Shown piece by piece: positions 29,375 to 38,584 of a DNA stretch of 64,000 nucleotides. The first letter of the stretch is position 1; each line of letters opens with the position of its first letter. The notes beneath the pieces were generated by a model. It saw only the letters and a program-made list of their open reading frames with translations, had not been told where the DNA came from and searched no databases. Source of the DNA: Candidatus Latescibacterota bacterium (GTDB taxonomy: Bacteria > Latescibacterota > UBA2968 > UBA8231); contig OZ220089.1 of the NCBI GenBank assembly GCA_964291625.2, positions 2,656,001 to 2,720,000 of the forward strand. The letters run 5' to 3'. Both the position numbers and the translations under genes were made by a program.

Positions 29375-30606
29375 ATCCCTGGGAAGAGGGCATCGAGCAG
29401 GCGAGGGCGGTGGCGCTCGACATCCTGCAGCCGTCCGAGTCGCAGCTGGAGCACGGACTGGCCCTGCACCGGGACGCCTTGGTGTGCGAGTCGTACAGCC
29501 TCGGGCTGCAGGCGCCGATCGACGGCGAGGCCGTGGCGGGGGCCGTGGAGTCGGGGGCGTCGGAGGTGGAGCTGCAGTACCTGTCCGAGCAGATGCGCAT
29601 GACCCGCTGGGCGGCGGACGACGAGCTGAAGGCGGAGTACCTCGCGGCCTGGGGGGCGTCGGGGGTGACCTGCTCCTTCCAGAACACCGGCGAGGAGGGC
29701 AACGACCCCATGCGCATGCTGGGGCGGCTGGCCCACTACACCCACCTGACGGACCGCCTGCGCGACCACGTGGCGCGCGCCGCCTTCCCCGGCGACATCG
29801 CCGCCGCCAAGGCCGCCGGCCGGCACTGCATCTACCAGACGTGCAACGGCGTCCCCCTGCCGGGAGAGCAGACCACGGTCGAGCAGGAGCTGCGCTTCAT
29901 CAGCCAGTTCTTCGAGCTCGGCTGCCGCATGATGCACCTGACCTACAACCGCCGGAACCCGATCGGCGATGGCTGCGCCGAGCCGGCCAACGCCGGTCTG
30001 AGCGACTTCGGCCGGGCGGTGATCGCCGAGATGAACGAGGTCGGCGTGATCGTCGACGTGGCCCACTCCGGGTGGCGGACCTGCCAGGAGGCGGCCGAGG
30101 TGTCGCAGAAGCCGATCGTCTCCAGCCATTCCGCCTGCGCCGCCCTGAACCACCACCACCGCGGCAAGCCGGACGAGGTGATGCGGGCCATCGCCGACAA
30201 GGGCGGGACCCTGGGCATCACCAACGTGCCCGCCTTCCTCGGCGGCAGCGGCTGCGTCGACGCCCTGCTCGACCACGTCGACCACGCGGTGAGGGTGGTC
30301 GGCGCCGATCACGTCACGATCGGCACGGACCGCGCCTACGTCAGCTGCCGCACCCGCGAGGAGAACGCCAAGGTCCGGGGGCGGAGGGGCGTCCGCCGCC
30401 GCTGGGAGGCGCTGTGGCCGGCCGGCGATCCCGTGCAGCGGCCGGAGTGGCGCCAGGATCGCATGGTGCAGAGCATGGCGTGGACCAACTTCCCCCTCTT
30501 CACGGTCGGCCTGGTGCAGCGGGGGTACTCCGACGACGACATCCGCAAGATCCTCGGCGGCAACATCCTGAGGGTTGCGCGCGAGGTGCTGGGAGAGGGG
30601 CGCTGA
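29371..30606 (+). CDS. Membrane dipeptidase (M19) family protein
   Basis: HLTYN, GLSDFG, MNEVGVIVDVAH, SSHS, DHVTIGTD, KILGGN; GTG start overlaps the upstream stop. Confidence 0.88.
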   Translation: MNPWEEGIEQARAVALDILQPSESQLEHGLALHRDALVCESYSLGLQAPIDGEAVAGAVESGASEVELQYLSEQMRMTRWAADDELKAEYLAAWGASGVTCSFQNTGEEGNDPMRMLGRLAHYTHLTDRLRDHVARAAFPGDIAAAKAAGRHCIYQTCNGVPLPGEQTTVEQELRFISQFFELGCRMMHLTYNRRNPIGDGCAEPANAGLSDFGRAVIAEMNEVGVIVDVAHSGWRTCQEAAEVSQKPIVSSHSACAALNHHHRGKPDEVMRAIADKGGTLGITNVPAFLGGSGCVDALLDHVDHAVRVVGADHVTIGTDRAYVSCRTREENAKVRGRRGVRRRWEALWPAGDPVQRPEWRQDRMVQSMAWTNFPLFTVGLVQRGYSDDDIRKILGGNILRVAREVLGEGR

Positions 30607-31613
30607 TGTACCGGCCCCTGGACCGCATCACACTCAAGTCGGGTGAAGAGGTGGAAGCCGGCGTCGTGCAGGGTCCCGACCTCCGGTGGGCCCCCCGCGT
30701 GGAAGGCCTCCTGAGCCACAAGGGTCCGCAGTGGCGCTGGGGCAACGAGCAGGTCCTGCGCACGGCGACCGGCCTCGACGTCTTCTACTACCTGCTGTCC
30801 CGGGACGGCGATCCCTTCGCCATCATGATGACCACCGAGCACCGCGGCGTGGGGCTCCTCGGCCACGTCTACACCCGTCCCGAGGACCGCCGTCAGGGAG
30901 CGGCCATGCAGCTGCTGGGCCGCCTCATGGACGACTTCCGCCAGCGCTGCGGGCAGGCCCTGTTCCTGGGCACGGGCTACGATTCCCCGGCCTACCACAT
31001 CTACAGGGCTCATGGCTTTGCGAGCATCGAGCCGGAGAGCGGCCAGATGGCGTACTACAGCACCTCCCTGGAGGAGTTCGAGGCGGCCTTCTTCGCCCCG
31101 GGCGCAACCGCCGCGGCACCCGCCGGCTGGCTGCACTGGCCGGCGTCGACGCCGCTCTTCGCGGGGGCCTTCCCCGGCGTCGTGCGCGGCGCCGGCCTGG
31201 GTCTGTGGGGCCGCCGCACCACCGAAGGGCCGTTCCTGCCCCTGCTGCAGGACCAGTTGGAGCGGCACGCAAGCGGCCTCCCCCCTCGGGCGCTGGCCCT
31301 GGTGCAGCAAGCCACCCGGGCCGTCGTCGGTCTGGCCATGTGGTCGGACCATCCCCTGTGGCCCGACGCCTGCCTGGTCGACCTCTACTGCCATCCCGAC
31401 TATTGGGACCGGGGAGGCGCCCTGCTCCAGGCGCTGCAGAGACCCGCCGGGCGCACCTGCCTGGCCTACTGCGACGCGGGTCTGCAGCCCAAGGCCGAGG
31501 CCCTGGGCGCGGCCGGCTTCCGCCGCGGCGCCACCTTGAGCAAGCGAGTGGCCGCCGACCGGGGGGGATCAGGCCGGGTCGACGTGGAGGTGTGGGAGAG
31601 TCACCGTGGATAG
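30606..31613 (+). CDS. GNAT family N-acetyltransferase (two-domain)
   Basis: VYTRPEDRRQGAA acetyl-CoA motif, YRAHGF; degenerate second domain (HPDYWDRG, AAGF). Confidence 0.8.
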   Translation: MYRPLDRITLKSGEEVEAGVVQGPDLRWAPRVEGLLSHKGPQWRWGNEQVLRTATGLDVFYYLLSRDGDPFAIMMTTEHRGVGLLGHVYTRPEDRRQGAAMQLLGRLMDDFRQRCGQALFLGTGYDSPAYHIYRAHGFASIEPESGQMAYYSTSLEEFEAAFFAPGATAAAPAGWLHWPASTPLFAGAFPGVVRGAGLGLWGRRTTEGPFLPLLQDQLERHASGLPPRALALVQQATRAVVGLAMWSDHPLWPDACLVDLYCHPDYWDRGGALLQALQRPAGRTCLAYCDAGLQPKAEALGAAGFRRGATLSKRVAADRGGSGRVDVEVWESHRG

Positions 31614-31629
31614 AAAGGACTGCGAGGGC

Positions 31630-33015
31630 ATGAGCGAGCTTCGACTTCTGACCGACGACCAGATGCGGCAGTTCATCGTCGACGGGTACGTGGTCGTGCG
31701 CCCCGACCTGGACGACGCGTTCCACGAGAGGGTTTACGCGGAGACGCAGACGGTCTTCGAGAAGGAGGGCAACCCGGGCAACAACCTCGTGCCGAGGATC
31801 CCGGCGGTGCAGCGGGTCCTCGACTCTCCCGAGGTCCGGGGAGGGCTGACCAGCATTCTCGGGGAGGGGTACTACACCCAGCCGCACCGCCACTGCCACT
31901 TCAATCCGCCCGGCAGCCAGGGGCAGCACCTGCACCAGGACGGCTCCAGCCGCTGGTCCCACCACACGCGCCGGATCCTCCTCTTCTACTACCCCCAGGA
32001 CACCCCGGAGGAGCTGGGGCCGACGGCGGTCGTGCCCGGAAGCCACTTCTACGCGACCAGGGAAGGCGTGGACTCCTTCCCCGAGCTGCCCCTGTGCGGC
32101 CCGGCCGGGACCGTGGCGATCGTCCACTACGACCTCTTCCACCGGGCCAGCCCGAACCGCACCGACCGCAACCGCTACATGATGAAGTTCCTCTTCGCGC
32201 GCACGGCGGAGCCGCGGTCCCCGAGCTGGCGCAGCGGCGGACCCGGCTGGCCGGGTGACGGCGGCCCCGACCGCAGGATGTACGAGCACGTCTGGGACTG
32301 GCACCACGGCCGGACCGCCAACGGCGCGGCGGAAGACGGGCGGGCCGGGGCCGCGGACTCCACGGAGCGGGTGGTCGAGCTGCTGGCGGGGATGGAGGAC
32401 GGCGGCGAGGGCGCCCGGCTGCGCGCCGCTTATGCCCTGAGCGGGTCCGGCCCGGCCGCGGCCCCGGGGCTGGCGCGGCTGCTGCACGCTGATTCCCAGG
32501 AGCTGAGGCGCAACGCCTGCCACGCCCTGAGCGCCATCGGCGAGGCGGCCGTGGGCCCCCTGATCGACGCGCTGCAGGGCGGCGGCGCCGAGCACGAGCG
32601 CGCCGAGGCGGCCGAGACCCTGGGGGACATCGGTCTGGCGGCGGGTCCGGCGATTCCGGCCCTGACGGCGCGGTTGCGGGACGAGTCGGAGCAGGTCCGG
32701 GCCCAGGCCGCCGAGGCCCTCGGGACGATCGCCCAGACCGGCTCCGCGGCCACCCCGGCGCTGGCCGGGGCCCTCGGCGACGAGAGCGTCCCCGTGCGCC
32801 GCAACGCCGCCTTCGCCCTGGTGCGGCTGGGGCCCACCGGGGAGGCGGCGGTTCCGGCCCTGGGGGACGTGCTCCACGACGAGGACAGGTACGTCCGCGG
32901 CGATGCCGCCCAGGCCCTGCTGAGGATCGGCACCCCGCGGGCCCTGGAGACGGTGCTGCCCTTCCTCGAGACCTCGAGGTGGTGCCCCCTGACGACGAAG
33001 GAGAGCACCTACTAG
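31630..33015 (+). CDS. PhyH dioxygenase fused to C-terminal HEAT repeats
   Basis: DGYVV, LHQD, VVPGSH, FHRA...R, followed by several R..AA.ALG.IG HEAT/PBS-lyase repeats. Confidence 0.88.
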   Translation: MSELRLLTDDQMRQFIVDGYVVVRPDLDDAFHERVYAETQTVFEKEGNPGNNLVPRIPAVQRVLDSPEVRGGLTSILGEGYYTQPHRHCHFNPPGSQGQHLHQDGSSRWSHHTRRILLFYYPQDTPEELGPTAVVPGSHFYATREGVDSFPELPLCGPAGTVAIVHYDLFHRASPNRTDRNRYMMKFLFARTAEPRSPSWRSGGPGWPGDGGPDRRMYEHVWDWHHGRTANGAAEDGRAGAADSTERVVELLAGMEDGGEGARLRAAYALSGSGPAAAPGLARLLHADSQELRRNACHALSAIGEAAVGPLIDALQGGGAEHERAEAAETLGDIGLAAGPAIPALTARLRDESEQVRAQAAEALGTIAQTGSAATPALAGALGDESVPVRRNAAFALVRLGPTGEAAVPALGDVLHDEDRYVRGDAAQALLRIGTPRALETVLPFLETSRWCPLTTKESTY

Positions 33016-33073
33016 GCCGCTCCCGCGCCCGGACTGCGGCCCCGGTGACGACCCCATCCATGGAGGTTTCCCC

Positions 33074-34555
33074 ATGCCCGTCCCTCGGCTCCTGCTCTGC
33101 GCCCTCGTGCCGGCCGCCGCCTTGACCGCCCCGGCGGAGGCCGGCGACCGGCCGGCCGACTTCGGCAAGCGCTGGGTGCGCTCCCATCCGTTCACGATCA
33201 CGGCCCTGACCCAGCGCCCGCAGGCGGTGCAGGACGACCGCTACGTGGAGGTCGGCTGCAACACCATGCTGGCGTGGAAGCGCTGGGAAGGGCTGGCCCC
33301 GGCGGCTCAGCGCATGGGCATCCCCTACCACTGCCACCTCAGCAAGGGGCTGCTCGGGGGCGCGCTGATGCGCCAGGAGCGCCACCGCTACGAGCAGATG
33401 GACCCCGCGGAGAAGGCCGCGGCCATGGAGGCCAGCCGCCCCGATCCCATGGGCGACGAGCTGCGGGCGCGCATCGAAGAGCTGGTGGACACCTGGCCGG
33501 GGGCCGAGGGGTTCATCGTCTGGGACGAGCCCAAGCGGCCGTCCATGAAGACGGCGGGGAAGGTCGTCTCCTGGCTCAAGGAGAGATTCCCCGAGGCCCT
33601 CGTCTACTCCAACGCCTACCCGTACGGCGCCCAGACCGGCAAGTACTTCGGCGGCCGCTGGGAGGGACCCGGCACCTACCAGGTACCGTCGGTCCCCTAC
33701 GACTACCCCCAGTACCTGCGCGACCTCGTGCAGATCATCGGCTCCGACCTGGTGATGGTCGACGTCTACCCCTACAAGCTGCCGCCCGAGGGCATCGAGG
33801 CCGAGTACCTCCACAATACCTACTTCCAGTGCCTCGCCGATACCCGGCAGGTCGGCCTGGAGCTGGACGTGCCCTACTGGATCTTCGTGCAGGCCTACGG
33901 CAAGGAGCGCTACAGGCGCATGCCGAGCGAGTCGGACCTGAGGATGCAGCTCTTCGCGGCCCTGACCTTCGGCTTCACGGGGATCTCGTACTTCACCTAC
34001 GACCACGTCTTCGACGGGGCCCTGCTGCGGGGCGAGGAGACCCACGAGACCACGGATCTGTACCGGCATGCGGCCCGTGCCAGCGTGGAGGTGGCCAACC
34101 TCGGCCGGACCCTGCGCTTCCTCACCAGCACCGACATGCGCTTCGTGGCGGGCCACAGCACGGCTGACAGCAACACCGACTTCAACCTGACGCCCCACGG
34201 GCTGACGGCCCACGATCCCCGCAAGCCGGTCGGTCCGATTCAGCAGATCGCCCTCTCCGTGGCCGGCCCCGGGCAGGACGTCCTGGTCGGCCTCTTCCGG
34301 GACGACGACGGCGGCGCCTACCTCATGGTGACCAACCTCTACCGGGCCGCGGGCGTCGGCGCCGGCGACTCCCACCAGGAGGTGACCCTGACCTTCGATC
34401 CCTCCATCGAACGGCTGCACCGGCTCGACCGGGAGACCGGCGCCGTGGAGGCAGTCGCCCTGGAGGACCAGCGGGTGACCATCACCCTGCCCGCCGGCAC
34501 GGGCGACCTGTTCAGCCTCGACGACGCGGCTTTCCCCGGCCTCGGGGACGGCTGA
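33074..34555 (+). CDS. Secreted hypothetical protein, glycoside-hydrolase-like TIM barrel
   Basis: Signal peptide (..APAEA), WDEP, DVYP, PYWIFVQ, GISYFTY. Confidence 0.6.
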   Translation: MPVPRLLLCALVPAAALTAPAEAGDRPADFGKRWVRSHPFTITALTQRPQAVQDDRYVEVGCNTMLAWKRWEGLAPAAQRMGIPYHCHLSKGLLGGALMRQERHRYEQMDPAEKAAAMEASRPDPMGDELRARIEELVDTWPGAEGFIVWDEPKRPSMKTAGKVVSWLKERFPEALVYSNAYPYGAQTGKYFGGRWEGPGTYQVPSVPYDYPQYLRDLVQIIGSDLVMVDVYPYKLPPEGIEAEYLHNTYFQCLADTRQVGLELDVPYWIFVQAYGKERYRRMPSESDLRMQLFAALTFGFTGISYFTYDHVFDGALLRGEETHETTDLYRHAARASVEVANLGRTLRFLTSTDMRFVAGHSTADSNTDFNLTPHGLTAHDPRKPVGPIQQIALSVAGPGQDVLVGLFRDDDGGAYLMVTNLYRAAGVGAGDSHQEVTLTFDPSIERLHRLDRETGAVEAVALEDQRVTITLPAGTGDLFSLDDAAFPGLGDG

Positions 34556-34566
34556 CTCCCCCGCGC

Positions 34567-35790
34567 ATGAGGAAGCTCCGGGACGGCCTGAGCGAACGGA
34601 GCCTCGCCTTCGAGCCGGGCTTCAAGGCTCACGGCGAGGTCGTGTGCCGCACCTTCCAGCCGTCGTACGTCGCCATGGGCGACGGAACCCTGCTCGCCTT
34701 CTGCCAGGGCCGGCTGCGCGAAGGCCGCGACGATGATCCGAAGGTCGTCCTGACGAGCCGTAGCGGCGACGAGGGCGCCACGTGGTCGCCGGCGAAGCCC
34801 GTCTCGGGCCGGCTCACCCACTACGCCATGTCGGCGTACCTCTCCGAGCGGGATGGGCGGGAGCGCGTCTCGGTCCTGACCATGGTCGACATGCGGGGTA
34901 CGGAGAAGCTCTACGGCTGCGACCACGGCGCGATGCGGGGGGAGACCGGCATCGACATCGCCGCCGTGGGCCGCCGTACCCCGATGGTGCTCTGCCGTTT
35001 CGACTCGGACGACGGCGGAGAGAGCTGGACGATGGAGACGTTGCTCGGAGAGCGGTCGCCCCTGAACCGGCGGTATGCGGACGGCACGCTGATCATGTTC
35101 AACCCCGTGGGCCAGGTCCACGTGATTCCCGAGGGCCCCTATCGCGGCCGCTACATCCTCGGCGGCCCGGTCACCGTCGTGCCGGAAGGAGAAGCCGTCA
35201 GCGATTACTTCCGCGACCATCCCCAGTCCGGCTCCGCCGTCCTCTGCAGCGACGATCAGGGCGAGACCTGGCGCGCCGACGGCTTCATCACGGACTACTT
35301 GGCCAACGAGGCTTCCGCCGTCTCGGTCCGACAGGGCGAGGAGCTGCTGATCGTGCGCCGGCTGAATCCGCCGGACAGGTTGGCGGAGCGATCCCTCTCC
35401 GGCGAGGTGAGCCCCGGCCCGATGCAGCGCATCGCCCATACCTCCGCCGACTGCGGCCGGACCTGGTCGCCGCCCTTCCTCGTCGACATCAGCGGCGTCC
35501 TCTGCCACGGAACGCTGGCCCGGTGCGGCCGGCGCCTGGTGTTCTCCATTCCCAACGGCTCGGGCCTTTCCGGGGCCGGACGCTCCCATGTCTCCGAGCG
35601 CCGGCGCGGCGCCATCTATTGCAGCGACGACGAGGGCCGCACCTGGCGCCACAAGGTCATCGACCCGGAGAGCTTCTCGTACAGCACCGTGGGCCCTCTG
35701 AACGAGTCGCGGTACATCACCCTATACGCACGCGGCTCCATGGGGCAGGAAGGGGTCGGATGCCGCGTCTTCGAGGACGAGTGGCTATGA
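34567..35790 (+). CDS. Sialidase-like BNR/Asp-box protein
   Basis: Five SxDxGxxW boxes (SGDEGATW, SDDGGESW, SDDQGETW, SADCGRTW, SDDEGRTW), ANE, SYS. Confidence 0.85.
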   Translation: MRKLRDGLSERSLAFEPGFKAHGEVVCRTFQPSYVAMGDGTLLAFCQGRLREGRDDDPKVVLTSRSGDEGATWSPAKPVSGRLTHYAMSAYLSERDGRERVSVLTMVDMRGTEKLYGCDHGAMRGETGIDIAAVGRRTPMVLCRFDSDDGGESWTMETLLGERSPLNRRYADGTLIMFNPVGQVHVIPEGPYRGRYILGGPVTVVPEGEAVSDYFRDHPQSGSAVLCSDDQGETWRADGFITDYLANEASAVSVRQGEELLIVRRLNPPDRLAERSLSGEVSPGPMQRIAHTSADCGRTWSPPFLVDISGVLCHGTLARCGRRLVFSIPNGSGLSGAGRSHVSERRRGAIYCSDDEGRTWRHKVIDPESFSYSTVGPLNESRYITLYARGSMGQEGVGCRVFEDEWL

Positions 35791-36902
35791 AGATCACCGA
35801 CGTGACCATCGACTGCTATGCCTGGCCGAAGCCGAAGCCGATCAGCAACGGCAAGTACACCTACAGGACGGTGGTGCTCAACCTCGTGCACGTGCACACC
35901 GACGAAGGCCTGTCGGGGATCGGCTGGGGCGGGGGCACCGCGGCCACCCGGCCCGGAGCCGTGGGCGAGGCCCTGGTGGCCCACTTCAAGGAGGCCCTGA
36001 TCGGCGAGGACCCCTTCGCCTACCGCCGCATCTGGGCGAACATGTGGCTGCCCAAGATCGTCGGGCGCCGCGGCATGTCGACCCACATCATCAGCGCCAT
36101 CGACATCGCCCTGTGGGACCTGATGGGCAAGGCCCTCGGCAAGCCGGTGCACAAGCTGCTCGGCGGCTTCACCGACCGCATCCCCGCCTACGTCGCCGGG
36201 GGCTACTACGAGGAGGGGAAGGGGCTGAAGGAGCTGGCCAAGGAGATGGAGGAGAGCCTCGATCTCGGCGCCAGGGCGGTGAAGATGAAGGTCGGGGCCG
36301 TGCCCATCGACGAGGACGTCGAGCGGGTGCGGGTGGTGCGCGAGGCGGTCGGCCCCGGCATCAAGCTCCTCGTCGACGCCAACAACGCCTACGCCGCGTA
36401 CGAGGCGATCGAGCTGGCCCGCAAGATCGAGCCCTTCGACGTCTTCTGGTTCGAGGAGCCCGTGGCCCCCGACGACTACCGCGGCCACGCCCAGGTGGCG
36501 AGGGCGACGACGATCCCCATCGCCACCGGCGAGAACGAGTACACCCGCTACGGCTTCCGCGACCTCATCGAGCACGAGTCGGCGGCGATCTTCAACGCCG
36601 ACGCCCAGATCCTCGGGGGCGTCACCGAGTTCATGAACGTGGCCGCCCTGGCGGCGGCCCAGGACCTGCGCATCGCCCCCCACGGCGCCCAGGAGATCCA
36701 CATCCACCTCGTGGCGGCGATCGCCAACGGCCTGATCCTCGAGTTCTACCGCGAGACCGTCGACCCCCTGCGGGGCCGCATCTTCAAGGAACCCCTGAAG
36801 CTCGACTCCGAGGGCTGCGTGGCCGTGCCCGACCGCCCCGGCCTGGGGATGGAGCCGGACTACGAGCTGCTGAACCAATACCGGGAGAGCCGCCATGGCT
36901 GA
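35787..36902 (+). CDS. Mandelate racemase/muconate lactonizing enzyme family
   Basis: SAIDIALWDLMGK, KMKVG, DAN, WFEEP, TGENE, APH. Confidence 0.93.
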   Translation: MKITDVTIDCYAWPKPKPISNGKYTYRTVVLNLVHVHTDEGLSGIGWGGGTAATRPGAVGEALVAHFKEALIGEDPFAYRRIWANMWLPKIVGRRGMSTHIISAIDIALWDLMGKALGKPVHKLLGGFTDRIPAYVAGGYYEEGKGLKELAKEMEESLDLGARAVKMKVGAVPIDEDVERVRVVREAVGPGIKLLVDANNAYAAYEAIELARKIEPFDVFWFEEPVAPDDYRGHAQVARATTIPIATGENEYTRYGFRDLIEHESAAIFNADAQILGGVTEFMNVAALAAAQDLRIAPHGAQEIHIHLVAAIANGLILEFYRETVDPLRGRIFKEPLKLDSEGCVAVPDRPGLGMEPDYELLNQYRESRHG

Positions 36903-37722
36903 GAGCGCCATCCGCGCCGGCGAGCCGTTCACCGCCGAGGAGACCGAACGCCTCGTTTCGCGGTTCCAGCGCGAAGGCTACTGCGAGCTGGGACCGGTCC
37001 TGGAGGAGGAGGAGGTCGAGGCCCTCCACGACGACATGCAGCGCAAGTGGGACGATCCCGCCATGCACGAGCCGGAGCGGGACCAGATCCGCGGTCGCAG
37101 CCTCATGCGCATGTTCGAGTACTCCACGGCCTTCCGCGACCTCATCGTCCGCGAGCCCTTCGCCAGCCTCGCCGAGGCGATCCTCGGACCGGACTGCCAC
37201 TGCATGTCCCAGAACGCCCTCTACACCCCTCCCGATCCAGAAGCCGTCACCGACGGCCCCGGCGGCTGGCACCTCGACGACCTCATCCACTTCCCGCTGC
37301 CGCCGGAGATCCCCCGCCACTCCCCCGACGTGCCGCTGCCCTGCTTCGTCATGCAGATCTTCACGCCGCTGACGGACGTGGAGGAGCTGCGGCACGGCCC
37401 CACCCAGATCGTCCCCGGCAGCCACTACGCCGGCCGCCGGCCCGAGGTGCAGGACCAGCCCTCCTTCGACGGCAACGGCCCCCACTCCTTCCTCGCCCGG
37501 CGGACCCACGCCTACATGTTCAACAACCAGGTCTGGCACCGCGGCGCCCCCAACACCTCGGACCGCACCCGCCTCATGGCCGGCGTCACCTACAGCAAGC
37601 GCTTCGTCTCCCAGAAGTTCTACCCCTTCATCGACTACCGCATGCCGGACCACGTCTGGGAGGGCGCGTCGCCGCGGCTGCAGCGCATGCTCGGACGCCA
37701 CGCCAGGGGCGCGTACGGCTGA
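36895..37722 (+). CDS. Phytanoyl-CoA dioxygenase family protein
   Basis: FQREGY, WHLD, IVPGSH, WHRGAPN.SDR.R. Confidence 0.9.
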   Translation: MAESAIRAGEPFTAEETERLVSRFQREGYCELGPVLEEEEVEALHDDMQRKWDDPAMHEPERDQIRGRSLMRMFEYSTAFRDLIVREPFASLAEAILGPDCHCMSQNALYTPPDPEAVTDGPGGWHLDDLIHFPLPPEIPRHSPDVPLPCFVMQIFTPLTDVEELRHGPTQIVPGSHYAGRRPEVQDQPSFDGNGPHSFLARRTHAYMFNNQVWHRGAPNTSDRTRLMAGVTYSKRFVSQKFYPFIDYRMPDHVWEGASPRLQRMLGRHARGAYG

Positions 37723-38579
37723 TGGAGGTCGCCCGACTCGGCGCCACCGACCTCGAGATCAGCCGCCACGGATTCGGGGCGGCGCGCATCGGCGCCGTTC
37801 CCCTCGACCGGAGCGAGAGCCTGCTGCGCAGCCTCCCCGATCTGGGCATCACCTTCATCGACACCGCCGACTGCTACGCCCGCAGCGAGGAGATCATCGG
37901 CCGCTGTCTCGCCGACCGCATGGGCGAGTTCGTCATCGCCACCAAGTGCGGCTGCATCACCGGCGGCGAGCAGGGAGAGGCGTACTCCCGCCCCGTCATC
38001 GAGAGAAGCATCAACCGGTCGCTGCAGCGGCTGGGTGTGGAGCGTCTCGATCTCGTTTTCCTGCACACCTGCTCGGCGGAGATCCTGCGCGCCGGCGAGG
38101 CGGCCGAGGCCCTGCTGCGGGCCCGCGACGCCGGCAAGGTGCGCTGCACCGGCTACAGCGGCGACGGCGAAGACGCCATGGAGGCGATCTCCATGGGGGT
38201 TTTCGACGCCCTCCAGGTGACCTTCAACATCCTCAGCCAGGAGGCCCTGGACGAGGTGCTGCCCGCCGCCGAGGCCGCGGGCATGGGGGTGGTCGCCAAG
38301 CGGCCGATCGCCAATGCCAGGCTGCTGCCCGAGGACTCGCCGCAGTACCACGGTGGTCCCTGGTGGGACCCCGTGCGTCCCCTGCTGACCGCCGAAGGGG
38401 CCTGGGACGACCCGCTGGAGTGCGCTCTGCGCTTCACCCTGTCCCATCCGGTGATCACCTCCGCCATCGTCGGCACCACCGATCCCGCCCACGCCCGGGA
38501 GAACGCCCGGCGGGCCGGGGCGGGACCGCTGTCGCCGCGGCTGCTGGAGGCTCTCCACCAGCTGCGCCCGGAGGACTGA
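37722..38579 (+). CDS. Aldo/keto reductase
   Basis: LGATDLEIS, IDTADCY, ATKCG, SLQRL; paralog of 6065-6955. Confidence 0.9.
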   Translation: MEVARLGATDLEISRHGFGAARIGAVPLDRSESLLRSLPDLGITFIDTADCYARSEEIIGRCLADRMGEFVIATKCGCITGGEQGEAYSRPVIERSINRSLQRLGVERLDLVFLHTCSAEILRAGEAAEALLRARDAGKVRCTGYSGDGEDAMEAISMGVFDALQVTFNILSQEALDEVLPAAEAAGMGVVAKRPIANARLLPEDSPQYHGGPWWDPVRPLLTAEGAWDDPLECALRFTLSHPVITSAIVGTTDPAHARENARRAGAGPLSPRLLEALHQLRPED

Positions 38580-38584
38580 CCCCG

